This document shows positions 35,644-48,451 of a DNA stretch of 64,000 bases, in pieces; the stretch's first letter is position 1, and each line of letters begins with the position of its first letter. Location of the stretch: positions 186,001 through 250,000 of the forward strand of contig JBLDXI010000064.1 in NCBI GenBank assembly GCA_047495785.1. Direction: 5' to 3'. The notes beneath the pieces are model-generated. The model was not told the DNA's origin. It searched no databases and saw only the letters and a program-made list of their open reading frames with translations. This DNA comes from Lepidodermella squamata. Its lineage: Eukaryota > Animalia > Gastrotricha. Position numbers and translations under genes: made by a program.

Positions 35644-37541
35644 AGCGACAGCTTCGACTCGAGCCATTGATTTCTCTCTCATGCGATTTTTGAAATTCAA
35701 CTATTTATTTTTCTCGCTTTTTCTGGCGGCAAGGCTCATGCTTTGAAAATTTAATAATCGAATATATTTATTTGAGTAAATTGGAAAATGAATCATTAAA
35801 TAAATTGGTCGTAATTCGTAATCTTGCTGAATATCAACCTAAATATTCAGCTAGATAACGAAAAAGTTAACAGCGAACCAAGTCTCATTTTGGTCTTTTT
35901 GATGCAATGAAAGAACCAACAGCCCTCGTGGCATCGTCGACGAGCACAGGAAATATAATGGCGTTATATTTGAATCTTGGTTCACTCAGAAAATGAATGG
36001 CTGATCAGTTGGTAACCAGAAAATTTTACATATTTCCAGGATTTCCATGAAAAAAGTAAAAAAATGGAAAATTTGAGCAGTGATCTCCTTGCCATAGCAG
36101 CGTGAAAAATTTTTCTAAATTGAATTTTTCAGTTTATCATAGAAACTTCTGTATTAAACAGGGATGGATGGTGCCCACGATGGTGCCCACCATCCATAAC
36201 TTGAGGCCGGTTGAAAAATTGCTACATAACTGGACATAGGAGACGGATAATTTGAAATTCGAAAATGAGATTGATGGACGTTCATTCTTTGATAATTTAT
36301 TCCAAATTGAGATTCACAGAAATTCATTAAGTAATTTTGTAAAATATCGAAACTTTACGTCAGTTTTCCGGGTCGACTTGAAGAAGCCGAGCAGTGATCA
36401 TCTGATGCCAATTGATTAATTTTGATTTACCCTTAGAATAGTCAACATTCAAAATCTCAATTCATTTTGCCAACTGTTGAAGCCCTCTAGCTCATGAGAA
36501 GCCCTTTCATTATTTTCATGATTTAATGATGATATACGTTAAAAGAATACCTTTAATCTATGAATGTTATTGTTTTGACAAGGTTCACGGATTGTTTTCT
36601 GGAGTTCAGCCGTTAATAAAATATCATTTTCATGTCACGCATTCGTAGTAACATTTCGAAGCACAACAAAAAACATGCGAGGATAAATCGCGAAGTGCCC
36701 TCTATCAGATCGGCCTTCTTCTATCACAGATTCGGTCGACGGTGGCGGAGATCAGCAGATCTTATTTCAAGACAATCAGCGATCCATAACATCCAAGACA
36801 TGTCCAATGATGAAAATTGAAGATTTCGCAGGCTGACGAAACGATTTGCGTGCATTTTCTTGATTTGCTCCACATCGCCGTGCGGCCAATCAATGATCGC
36901 TGGAACGTGGCGTTCACGCTCGAAGTGCCTTGGACTATAAATTCCAAGCCAAGTGGATACAGTTTAATTATAAAACAACGTACGCCCATCAGGCCACCGA
37001 CTGGAAGTGCAGTGATAGGAATGAGAGAATTATTTTTCAATAATTGAAAAAAATGAAAAAATTTGATGAGATGGGGGATCATCCCCCAGCTCGGCTGGGC
37101 CAAACAACAAAATGCGAATTTATCCCACTGTTTCGTTAATTTTGAGAGATTTTCGAGCGTGTTTCAGTGGAAAATCTTCAAAATTTTCTCCCTTCGCTTG
37201 CTTTTTAGCTGAAATGACCAGTCATTTTTGGCAAGACAATTTTTGGCGCAAATCGGGTCACCTTCAGTAATTGCATTTGTTAGAATGACCGAATTAGGAC
37301 GAGACAATTTGTTGCCAATTATTTTATAGCTGAAACGCGCTGGTTGGATAATCACTCGATTATCTCGGAAATGCCTGTTTGATAATTGGGCAATCTGGAC
37401 AATATTATTGTCCAACTCGAAATTAGGACGAAAAAATGTTAGTTCCAGGAAAATCGATGTCAAAACACGCAGTATCCCTAGTTTTCATTTCATTTTGAAG
37501 CATTATTTCGAGTTTATTCCAAGTTGAATTCGCGCATTAAA

Positions 37542-40500
37542 ATGACCGGTTCTTATTTTGTTCTTCTGGCACTTACGCTGGCGTCGATCGACGTGGCTTG
37601 GGGCGCGCAGCCGTTGAACTGGGTTCGCTGCTTCTCGCAGTTCAGCAACCGATTCACCAACTGCGTACCAGCTGCCGATGGCTGTAATCCTCTCACCGAT
37701 TATCAGGTTTTTCTTCTCAATTTTATTTTTCTTCGAAGAGCTGAGTAATTGAAATATTTCTCTATCGACAGCTGGGCTCAAGCTTACGAACAACCGGCAG
37801 TTGCAACACTGGGGTCTGTTAAGATTACCAGTAAATCTATTTTCAATTTTGGTCTGTTTTGGTCATCTATATAGAATGCCAGGATGTGCTACAAATACGT
37901 GGCTCTTACCCCGTTTTGTGTACCTGGTAACGTTGGTTGCAACAACCCTGGTGATATGAATGTAAGCCCCATCACCCAATTATTTGGAATTAAGCATCAA
38001 ACTAAAATTATTACTGTTGTTGTGATATATTGTTTCGAATATTCGCCTTAGATGTTCTGGTTCGACAATCAGAATGCGACGCTGAGCCTGAAATACAATC
38101 TCAACGAATGCGAGAAAAAGAAAGCTGCATTCGAGGTGATGCATTCAGGAAACTTTGCCCCTCTGCTGATTATGCGTTACACCTGTATCGTTACAGACTT
38201 CGAAATTCAGGCGCTGCACATCGAACAACGTCACCATGACTTGTGTCCCAGACCCGTACTCCTGCCCCAACAACTGGGTGGGCGATTTTAAAAGGTTGAT
38301 GTGTTCCTGTTTGACGCTGATTCTTGTTTTCTAGGCCACTGAATCGACTTTGTATTTAAATCTTGCGGCATGTACCAATGGAGCAGGTTCGTAAAGACCA
38401 GACTCGATTTTCGAAAACTGGAAACAGAATAATTCATCCAGTACAATTGCTATTATTTTCCGTTTGTCATCTCAGTCACAGTTCCAGTCAGCGAAAAGCC
38501 GCACATTCGGTGCTTCGATTCTGCCACCAAAAGGTTCAACGACTGCCGACCGCAAAGCTCGGGATGTTTCGCTAGCAATGAAACTCAGCAATTCTCGACC
38601 AAAGTTTACATCAACCGTGCAGCTTGCATGCTAGGAGTAATTATTTAGTCATTTTCGTTACAGCAATAAATGCGCTTGTTTTGACAGAATGCTGTTTCAT
38701 GCAAGGATTCATCCAATCGAACGTCTTGCTACGCGATTTGTCCTCAAGATCAATCTCAGGTAACCTCTCAATGAAAATCACATTTTTTCTGGTATCTACT
38801 GTTTTTCATCAACAGGTTAAGCTGTTCTCGGACTTGGGCAACTTCCAGTTGAATCACAACAAATGTATCACGGACATAACCCCGGTGGTGAGTTCTCATC
38901 GAAGCTTTCAGCCCTATGGTGTGTGCAGCTATCGTTTCACTTCCTTATAACTTATTCTTGATTGCCCGATTTGACTGCGATTACTCTTGTCCAGAAGTGG
39001 AAATAACAGGGGACCTTCAGGAAGCGCCCACCCTCTAAACGAACTCGGGGTTCCAGATCGGAGGAAAGTATATTTCTCCATGGCTAGCCAATAGAGAGTT
39101 CCCCTATTGATTCGTCAATTGAAATGCGTAAACTGGGCTAATTAGAGGGACACAGGCTGGGTTATAAGCCTATCCTAGATAATTAGCTATTTTCATTTTC
39201 CCTAATTCCAATTCTCGGAATGTTTCAATTGCTCGAAGCTATGTCAACGTCGATGTGAATAAGGCTGAAATCTGAAATTTTGGAAGTATTTCCCCCATTA
39301 CTAAGAATAACATTTTTCTTAGGAACAACTATAATCCGATCGTAGACTTTTATTTTATACAATTGACCGAAAATAAGTGATGCGGGGTTTGGCGCATTTT
39401 CCGTCTTTTCCAGCCATATTCCCAGCTGATGGCTGAAGGTTGACTTGAAAGGGAAGATTCTGGGATTTCTGGATGTTTTAAGTCGGTTTTTCTTGAGGAT
39501 TTTCAAACTTCAGATTCCTAGGAGGCTCCCATCCACCTCAAGAGACGGCAGACCCAGAAGTGACGGCGAAAAGGCTTATCGCTCCATAGGTTGACGTGGA
39601 AACACTGGCTTCATTCCATTCACATTTTGTTGAGCATATCGCAAGATTCCTCACCTCAGATCAGTGCTTTGAATTTGATTTGATTTGATTTGATTCAGAC
39701 CCTGTTTTCACTTATTTAGATTTGAAATGATTGATTTACGTGGGGAAGCATTTTGATTTGATTGATTTTGATTTAACTTTGGAAATGCAATAAAAAAACT
39801 TGACATGTACTGTGAAAATGAAATTTGTCTTCATTTTTGCAAACATTTGCTCTAGAGAGGGATGGTAGTTCCTAATTTGTGCCATTTTATCAATTGCCTG
39901 AATTTTCATAGCCCCCAACTTGGTGAAAACCCTGATTTTTCCCGATTTATTGTGATTCATCGCTGTCGATGATTTGATTTGATTGATTTAGTCCCGTAGA
40001 AGTGGGACAATGATTGATTTTGATTGATTTGAGGAGTTCCATGATTTAAGCTGTAACTCATATGAAATCAAATTCAAAGAGCTCAGCCTCAGATTCAAGA
40101 TCTGCACAAATTCTACCTTAACCTTAACTTTGAAGCCGATTTTCTCAGCAACCCTGATAGCTATCGACCTCTGTTTGATATCGTTCGACTCCTCGTTCAT
40201 CGATCTTGAAACGGCATCAAAATTTCACGACGATGTCTAAAATATCGCCAAACCCCGCTTTTCACTTATTCCCGGTCAATTTATCTATATAACATAACCA
40301 CAACATAAGTTGTATAACATACCGTATTTCTCGAAAATATACACCGGGGTATATTTGTGATTGAACCAACACATTTTTAGGGTTGTAATCGGGGTGGGGG
40401 ATATTTTCGAGGTGCGGTATATTTATGATCCATCAACAATTTTCAGAAATGTGGTAAATACTGCTAACAATAATTTCGTTTTACTGGACCAAAGCGTGAA

Positions 40501-41424
40501 AAAGAAGGATTACTTAAGCAGTTCTGGAGGTTTTATCAGTTAGTTGTAGTTCTATACGATCGGAACATACGATATCAGCCATGAAATCAGTAACATAGAA
40601 GACATTTTTCGAAAAGAATTGAACGTGAAATTCAAAATGGACCTCCCCAACTTCGCCCTTCGTGCCTCCATTGAGTTATCACTGGCAATCTTATGCCCAG
40701 CCCAAGCTAAGCAACAGGCTGATGGGGTGCGTATTTCGTTTTTTTAGTAAAATGATACGGCGCTTTGGTTTTTTTAATAACATGGGGTAGAATTTCGAGG
40801 TGCGGTATATTTATGATCAAACGGTAAGTTTTATAGGGTTGTATTCGGGGTGGGGAATATTTTCGAGGTGCGGTATATTTTCGAGAAATACGGTAGGTTG
40901 ATAATTGATAAGAAATTTCTTGATAGACCACTTACCATCGATGTCTGCAAACTGCCGACAGTTCAGTATCCTGCCGACTGAGCTCGAGCGGCTGTGATGC
41001 CAACACGGAGAGACGATTTCCAGCAAATGTTACGTTCAGCGGCGAATCGCAGTGTCAAAACGCTAAAAGGACTCTGTTTGTGTATAGTAGCGCCGGCATT
41101 AATTTCAATCATTCAGCTGCAGCCGCAAAGTGCTTGGAACTGGGCGGCGCCTTGGCAACTGTTAAAATGGCTACAGACCTGTCCCGCATGATCAGCATGT
41201 TACCTAACGACCCCAGTGTCGTTGCCTGGGTGGGTCTTGCGCCAGAGTCCGGCGTCCTTAAATGGTCGGACGGTTCGGCTGTCACATACCAATCAAATCT
41301 GTTTTATATGCCGTTGAATAATGATAAATGTGGCGTGATTTATATCGGCATTCGTTTGATGATTTTCTATGCTTGCAACACTATTAATGTCCCTTACGCA
41401 ATATGCGAAACCTATGTTGAATGA
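37542..41424 (+). CDS. Secreted protein: six 4-Cys repeats + C-type lectin-like domain (copy C), 10 exons
   Basis: Signal peptide MTGSYFVLLALTLASIDVAWG; exons 1-9 closely match copy B; last exon 40927-41424 in frame with AWVGL, WSDGS, ICE. Confidence 0.88.
39361..40281. mobile_element. Non-autonomous TIR element in the last intron of copy C
   Basis: AATTGACCGAAAATAAGTGATGCGGGGTTTGGCG versus CGCCAAACCCCGCTTTTCACTTATTCCCGGTCAATT; internal TTTGA repeats. Confidence 0.6.
40322..40893. mobile_element. Tc2/pogo-like MITE
   Basis: TA|CCGTATTTCTCGAAAATATAC ... GTATATTTTCGAGAAATACGG|TA perfect TIRs; repeated TCGAGGTGCGGTATATTT subterminal motif. Confidence 0.85.
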
Positions 41425-41647
41425 GTGTTAAGGCATTGGGGGTGCCGTGAACTTTTGAAATGGCTGTTAAATAATTGATGATACGTTAAGAGTTGAGAGC
41501 TGTAGCAGCATAATAAAAATAGAATGAATCGGGCTTCCCCAATTTCTTTTTCAGCGTTTTCGAAAACAAGATTTGATTTATGAAATGGTGCAACAAATGC
41601 TCAGTTCACGCAACTCCGATTATTGAAGAATGACGAAATCATTTTTT

Positions 41648-42690
41648 GATCATCATCATCATCATCATCATCATGTGGTTTTGTGGTGACCATCGCGTCA
41701 TTTTCGCGATGGTGAGGCGTACAGAAGTTTTAACGACGGCGAGAGCGAGTAGTCAAGTAGATTCCGTTCCCAGCGACCTGTAGGCCAAAAATTCGCGAAT
41801 AAAGGCCCTCCATTTTGACCTGTCTTGGGCTGTATTTTCAAAAATTTCCCAATTTAGGTATTTTTCGTTGTCAATACATATGTTGTACGCCTATAGGGTA
41901 TTTAAGCCTTTAGGGTATGAGCATTGTATTTAACCAAAATAAAGGCCAAACCGTGATGGTGACTATCGATCATCATATATTGCTGTAATCGATCGATTGC
42001 TGTAATAAAGGGCTATCGATTGGTGCCAAATCGAATTCCGCGCGGAAAATTTGGAAATATGTTTCTTACCTTCAAAAATAAAAAAATGCGGAAAATTCGC
42101 GTTTTTTGGCCAAAACTTTTGGCCAAAAGACGATCGATATATGATGATCGATAGTCACCATCACGGTTTGGCCGCTATGACAGTTTAAAATATTGCTTAT
42201 CCCGTATAGGCTTAAGCCTATACCGTATAAGCTTAGATCCTCTATAGGCGTACAACACATACTTACAAAATTTTTAAAATTTTCCAAATGTTAAGCTTTT
42301 AATAGACTCTGAGTGTTGCAGTAGTCCCATCCTATTTTAGGCCTGCCTGTACTCCTTTGCCATTGCTTGTCTGGCGGTGTCCACTGGTATACCTGTTTTA
42401 CCAGGCTATCGTCCTCCATTCTAATTAATATGTTAGGCTAATATGTGGCCTAAAAATCTAAGGCGATAATGTTCGACTTGCGCGGACATAGGTTCAATCC
42501 CCTCGCACAGCTTCCTATAACTTCCTCACTTCTTACTTTATCCAAGATTGAAATGTTTGCTATTAACCTGAGCCATCTCATTTTTTTTAAATACCATGTT
42601 TTATTTGGATTCCAGCCCGCGATTGTATAAAGCCATAGCAATTTGTTGCTGATCTAATTTTTATTAAATTTTTATTAAAATTAGCTGCAT
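41648..42690 (-). mobile_element. Degenerate 3' end of an RTE-clade LINE, interrupted by a fold-back element
   Basis: Minus-strand fragments MRWLRLIANISILDKVRSEEV and RMEDDSLVKQVYQWTP...STGRPKIGW resemble RTE C-termini; (ATG)n tail at 41648-41674. Confidence 0.7.
41840..42290. repeat. Palindromic fold-back element
   Basis: GGCCAAACCGTGATGGTGACTATCGATCATCATAT (41944-) and its reverse complement (-42173); outer arms TGTTGTACGCCTATAG and CTATAGGCGTACAACA. Confidence 0.75.
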
Positions 42691-43631
42691 ATACCTACAG
42701 TCTACCTCATGTCAAGCAGAAATTAATTAATTTGTTGCCACAGGAAAACGCTAATGAATTCGATGGGTTTCAGTCACGTGACCCGTTTTTACCCGAATAC
42801 CCATTACCTGAGCGTTTCGCCACACCCGAACTTTTTCAATGGCATATTAGAGTCATTTCATTTCTCAATTCTTAATAATTTTATTCAACTCTTTACACCT
42901 GGGGCGGATTCTACCTACTAAACGGCCCTCGTTCTTCTAGCGTCCGATGTTAAGGGTATTTCAGTATTTTTGATAGAAAGACTAGTATTTGAACCCATTT
43001 GCGCATTACACGTCATATGAAGCAGGATATTTCTGTATTAAATCTTAGTAAAAGCAGTGCTCCGGGGAAAGAGGAAAACGACTACCTGTTTTCTTGGAAA
43101 ATTTTCGAATTTTGCGAAAAAGCGCAAGGGTCCCCCTAATGATGTGCTCATTTTAGGCCGATTTACCCCCTGAAAGCGGGTCCAAGTCGGCCTCTGAGTA
43201 AAATTAACGCGAAAACGGCTCAATTAATTTGCCCTGACTATTGAACATGCACGGAATTAATTTTTAATTTTTGCTGACATTTGTGCTGGAAATAGCCTAA
43301 AAGATTTCTCCGAAAGGAATATGATACAACATTTTTCACCGAGGAAATCGCCATTCATGCGCAATAAATATTTATATCCATGGGTTGTAACGGATCAATC
43401 GTGGTGTACAATTGTTGTATTCAAGTTGAACATCTGTAATCTGCAAGCCGTCCTAATAAGACTGGTACCTAGCCATGGAATCAGTAACTCTAATTGAGAA
43501 AGCTGGGTGGCAAAGAGTCATTTCGACCAGAAGTCATTATAATCTTTATTCTCTTCGATCAGTATACTTGCTCTTGATCGCAAAATAATCTCGTATCACA
43601 CCTCACATATAATCTCAACTCATAGTTACGT

Positions 43632-45007
43632 TTATATTAAGCTATCCACGCATGCATCATGATTGGCTTGATAGTTCTGGTACGTCGAGTACAGCGTCTC
43701 CTGTGAATTTTCAACAAAGATTTTCGAAAGCTATGGCGACTTGGTACTCATCTGTATTACCTGAGTTGATTCGCCAATGCACGATCCTTGACAAAATTCC
43801 ACGTCAGATTGGTCTTTACACTTCACAGCTTTCTGTAACGAAATTACGTCAGCAATTCAATTTTACGAAAGTGAAAACAAAACTCACCCCAGTGAGGCAC
43901 AAGTCGCGGTTTCCGTAAATGTAGACCCAATGGTTTCGAGTCTCGCCAGCCTGGCAGCCGGAGCTTTGAGGCCGGCAGTCGGCAAATTTCAAAGTCCCAG
44001 AATTGAAGCAACGAACGTGCGGCTTCTCGCTGTCCGGAAGTGAGACTGCAAAATTCGGGAAAAATAGTAGAAAAAATTCATCAAAATTTGAAAGCAACCC
44101 ACTCTGTCCGTTGGTGCACGATGCAAGATTATCGTAAACAGTTGTCTCAGTGGTCTGAGAATAAATCAGAAAAATAAAGAGAGACATGCGATAATTATGG
44201 GCCAAACCCAGCTGTTCGGGCACGGATACGGGGTTGGCACGCAGCTTTTAAGGGTGCCGGCCGAAGTGCATTGCCTGAATGGTAAATTCTGGAAGTAAAA
44301 GCAGAACAATCTATCGAAACGTCTAAACGGAGCTTAGATGAAACGCCCACCGCAAATGATCCCTTTTTCCTCTCGCATAGGTTGAGGTTGAAAACTAGGC
44401 TCAGCGTTGCGGGTCGGTTGAATGTGAACAGCTGAAAAAAAATCAGAAATTACTTCAGCAAGAAATAAAAAATAAATTAAAATTTTAGGTATTTTAGATT
44501 TTAGATTTCATAACTCAACAAATATCAAAAAGCCTGGATTCGAAAATTTTTAAAATTTCGAGTTTGAATTTTTCTTGAAGCAGAAGGGTTGGAATAGGGA
44601 CTGCGTACCGTCATTTCGTCGGCGGCGCATTGATCGAGCCCTGAAACACATCGCGGGCTGAGCACGTCATATTTGTAGCACATTTTGGCAGTCTGAAATG
44701 CAAAAATTCAGTTCACTATTTTGAATCAAATTAGCAAGCAGCTTACCCCGCGGTAGCAGGAACCCTTAGCTGGGAAGACTGGACCGCTCTGAAAATTGGA
44801 TAAATTGAGGCAAAATTATTTAGAATTTAGAAAATCTACCTGGTATTCGCTCAATTGATCGCAGGTCTCAGAAGCTCTGATGCACCTTGAGAATCGGCCG
44901 TTGATCTGGGAGAAGCAGCGATGCCAGTTTTTTTCCTTCTTACTCGATGCCAGGTCGATGCGAGTAAGCATCAGCGCGAACAGCATAGTCCACATAACGC
45001 CATCCAT
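43632..45007 (-). CDS. Secreted 4-Cys repeat protein without a lectin domain (copy D), nine exons
   Basis: MDGVMWTMLFALMLTRIDLASS signal; exons colinear with exons 1-9 of copies B and C; ends ANHDACVDSLI* where paralogs splice to the lectin exon. Confidence 0.82.
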
Positions 45008-45756
45008 TTCCAGTGAAATTCAACAGCAAGATAGAAAATGCTTGTAAAATAAATCAACTTTTTTGTTCGAAAAAATTTCGAATGAATGAAAGTATAGAAT
45101 TTTTTTCAGCGATTTAAACAGCGTTGACGTGTCTGATTCTTCGTACGGCACGCGTCCATTTTGCTGCGTAAATCAAAACAATCTTTGAACTCAAAATTTT
45201 AGGTTAAGCGAGGTAAAAGTTCTACTTATTTTTGTTTTGTTTCACACGAGAACATTGCATGAACATTGATGTTATCATAACAAATCATCGGAATTTTCAG
45301 GCATTTTCACACTGAAATAACAGGATGCGGTCTTGAGTCCTGGAGCTGTCAGGGATGGAGCAATTTTAGTTGCTGTATTTACCAAACTGACCAGTGGTTT
45401 TAACCAGAAAACGAGCGAAGCGAGGAAATTTTGAAGATTTTCGACTGAAACACGCTCCAAAACCTGTCATAATTAACGAAACAGCGGGCTAATTTATCAT
45501 TTTCTTGCCCGGTATGGCCGAGCTAGGGGCTAAGGATTCCTCATTTCCATATTAACAGAGCTGTTAAGGCGCACCCATCCTTATTTGACACCTTTCGATG
45601 ATTGGCTGATACCCAAATACAAGCCTTTCACACCTCTTTGTCGCCACATTGATGTTCCTTGTAAAGCTGCCTGGGTTTGTATTTGGGAATTCACGGTAGT
45701 TAAGTTACCACAGCCGCCTGAAAATGCTTTCCCAGCACGTCGGCCCAAGGGCTTAT

Positions 45757-45984
45757 TTGGCCCGAGCACGGGGGTCAACAACAGGAACCAGCGCTATTGT
45801 TCAGCGCCAGCCGGGCTCGGGCCGCCGGGTTCGGGCTGGGACTTGATAAAGGTATCGGATATGGCGTTGGTTGTAGGATGACCCAAGCACGGTGGCCCGA
45901 TTCCAGAGGCCCGAGCTCGGCTGTCCGAGTTCGGCGCTGAACAATAGCGCTGGTTCCTGTTGTTGACCCCCGTGCTCGGGCCAA
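45757..45984. repeat. 52-bp perfect inverted repeat (GC-rich fold-back element)
   Basis: 45757-45808 is the reverse complement of 45933-45984; GGCCCGAG motifs recur nearby. Confidence 0.85.
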
Positions 45985-46501
45985 GCCCTTGGCCGGCCCG
46001 CGTGCGGTGAAGCGTGATTCTATCGAATTTGTTAAATCTCCAGTAAACGTCGCATACTGGCATGTTACAGACTGGCCTGAGCGGGAGGTGCTGTTACCCG
46101 GTGGCATATGGGCCGAAATCGGGCTCGGGGCTCGGGCCCCAACAGTTGAGCCAGCCTTTTCAGAAAGAGCCGTGAGCCATTTCGGGAAATAAACAGAGAG
46201 AGAAACTCAAACGCAGATGTAGTTTTCGGCATTTAACTCGGTTGGATCAACATTTCTGCGGCTTTTTACTCGGAATCTCATCAAGTTGAACACTTGGATG
46301 GCTATTCTAATTTTTGGCCATGAGATGATGTAACTTCGCCTGCGACATTTAAGAGTTGCTAAGCCATTTGTTTGCATTTCTGTATGCTACTAGTGTTGGC
46401 GGTGCGGAAGCATACACCAGCAATTGAGTCTTTATTCATGAGTTCAAAATAAGAGTCATTTCATCATCGTCTTTCCTAATCTGAACCCGTATGTTACTGC
46501 A

Positions 46502-47642
46502 TCACGGCAAACAAGATCCGCGAGACGAATGGCTGCCCGATGTCAACTGCAATTGAAACAAAAAAACAGAATTTGAAATTTGAAAATTGTTGGCGATCGA
46601 AATAACACGACCTCATTGGCGGCGCATCCTGCTGATATTGGCCGGCAAATTTTAAACTTGTTCGTCGTTTTGTCCATGCAGCGAACGTGCGGCTGTAAAA
46701 TTATAGTGAAACGTCTCAGTTTCAACTAAAAATGGTGATATCAAATTTTCGAGAAATTTTCAGAAAAATGTGAATTTAAAAAAAATACCAAAAAATGTGA
46801 ATTATCAAACAATTTAAAAAAGAATTGAAATTTTCAAATAATTTCCAAAAATATACAAATTTTCATAATATTTTAAAAAATTTCAAAAAAATTGAACTTT
46901 CAAAGAATTACCAAAAATATTTGATTTTTTAAATAATTTCCTAAAATATTAGAATTTTAAAATATTTCCAAAAATATTTATATTTACAAAATATTCCCAA
47001 ATAAAATGTTAAATTATTATTTTCTCGATATTGAGAAAATGGATTGATTGATTTTATAAATTGAAAAAAACTCTTCTGGTGTTTTACCTGAGCCTCGCGG
47101 TTGCGGCACTCATTGTGATTTTTGCGGAAGCTGTTCGAATTGCGAAAAACGTCAGTCTGTTTGGGTTTGAAATTTAATAGCTTTAAAATTTGAAAAGTTG
47201 ATATCAATACCGGGGCTTCCGTGTCTTTGCAGTTCAATCCAACTGGAATGCATCGAATTTCATCCGTCAAGCGGTTGTAGCACTGAAGAACAGCCTGGAA
47301 AATGACAAAATTTTTCCATAATTTAAATTTGAAATTTAAAATTTGAAAATTTGACCAACCCCTTCACGGCACTTTTTAATGCTGGAAATTGGTTGGCCTA
47401 GCTGTTGTAAGAGAAACACACAAAATATTAGGATTTATTTTGGGAATTTGCAAAAATTAATTTACGGAATATTCATTTGGCGAGCACGATTGATCGTCGA
47501 TGTAAGGACGGCAGTGGGCGAATCGGTCCGTTGCCATGGTGAAGCAGCGGATCCACTTGCGATGAGGCTCGTGATGGCCAGCCTCGCTGAAACTCGCCAG
47601 TACAGCTATCGAACAAATGACGGCAATCGCACCGACACGCAT
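46502..47642 (-). CDS. Secreted protein made of a single A-B-C triplet of 4-Cys repeats (copy E1)
   Basis: Signal peptide; WIRCF...|LGQPISSIKKCREG|AVLQCY...|...NHNEC|PHVRC...CRPISAGC|...SCLP*; last exon frame less certain. Confidence 0.75.
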
Positions 47643-48451
47643 GATTAATTTTTATGAAATTATTCAACTATAGTGAAAAAAAATTGGTGATGATTAACAG
47701 GATTTGTAGGATATTTTTTTTTAATTCAAGAAAAATACTTCGAGTCGAGCACGCGTTCATTCAAGCTGTCACGCGGCGTCGCTGAAACCGTGGCCATTTT
47801 CAATCGTATTTTCGTCGTTATTTAGGCATTACTATTTCTGGATTTTTTTTTAATTATTAATTAATAAAAAAACAATCGGTCATCGTTCAGCCGATACACA
47901 AGCCAATAATTATAGATATTCGCTAATTTTACGTCATCGGTCGACGCTGTCGAGTTTGGTTTTTGGTTATCGATTTTAAAAATCAGTGATTTTCCGATAA
48001 ACGTGAATTTTGAAAATTACCACGGAATTTTTGGAAATATTTCAAAACTTCGAGATCTAATTAGTAATGATTTATTTTTTGCTAAATTGGATATAATTAA
48101 TCGAAATAATGGAAAAAATCATCGAATAAATTTCGAATTTCTGTTAGGATTGCTGTCATACTTCAAGACGTTGATCTTTCGAGCAAACGTTTCCGATGTG
48201 GCTAACGATACTATTTTATCCTCGCATGATAGCTCACTTGATAATGAATTCCGCCTAGAATTTCAGGCGATGCTATCAATATTTTACATTGAAATGAATT
48301 TTATTCAGCATTTAAATCATCATTATTTTATTCCGAAGATTGACGTAGAGCGAAAAATTCACAAAATATTCATTTTCAATCAATCAATATCAGTCGATTT
48401 CATTCACTGGAATATAACGATAAGCTGTCTCGTGATTTTTCTCCAATTTGT

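Noticed and set aside
45581-46192. Overlapping ORFs on both strands
   Set aside because: Produced by the GC-rich inverted repeat; no protein motifs.
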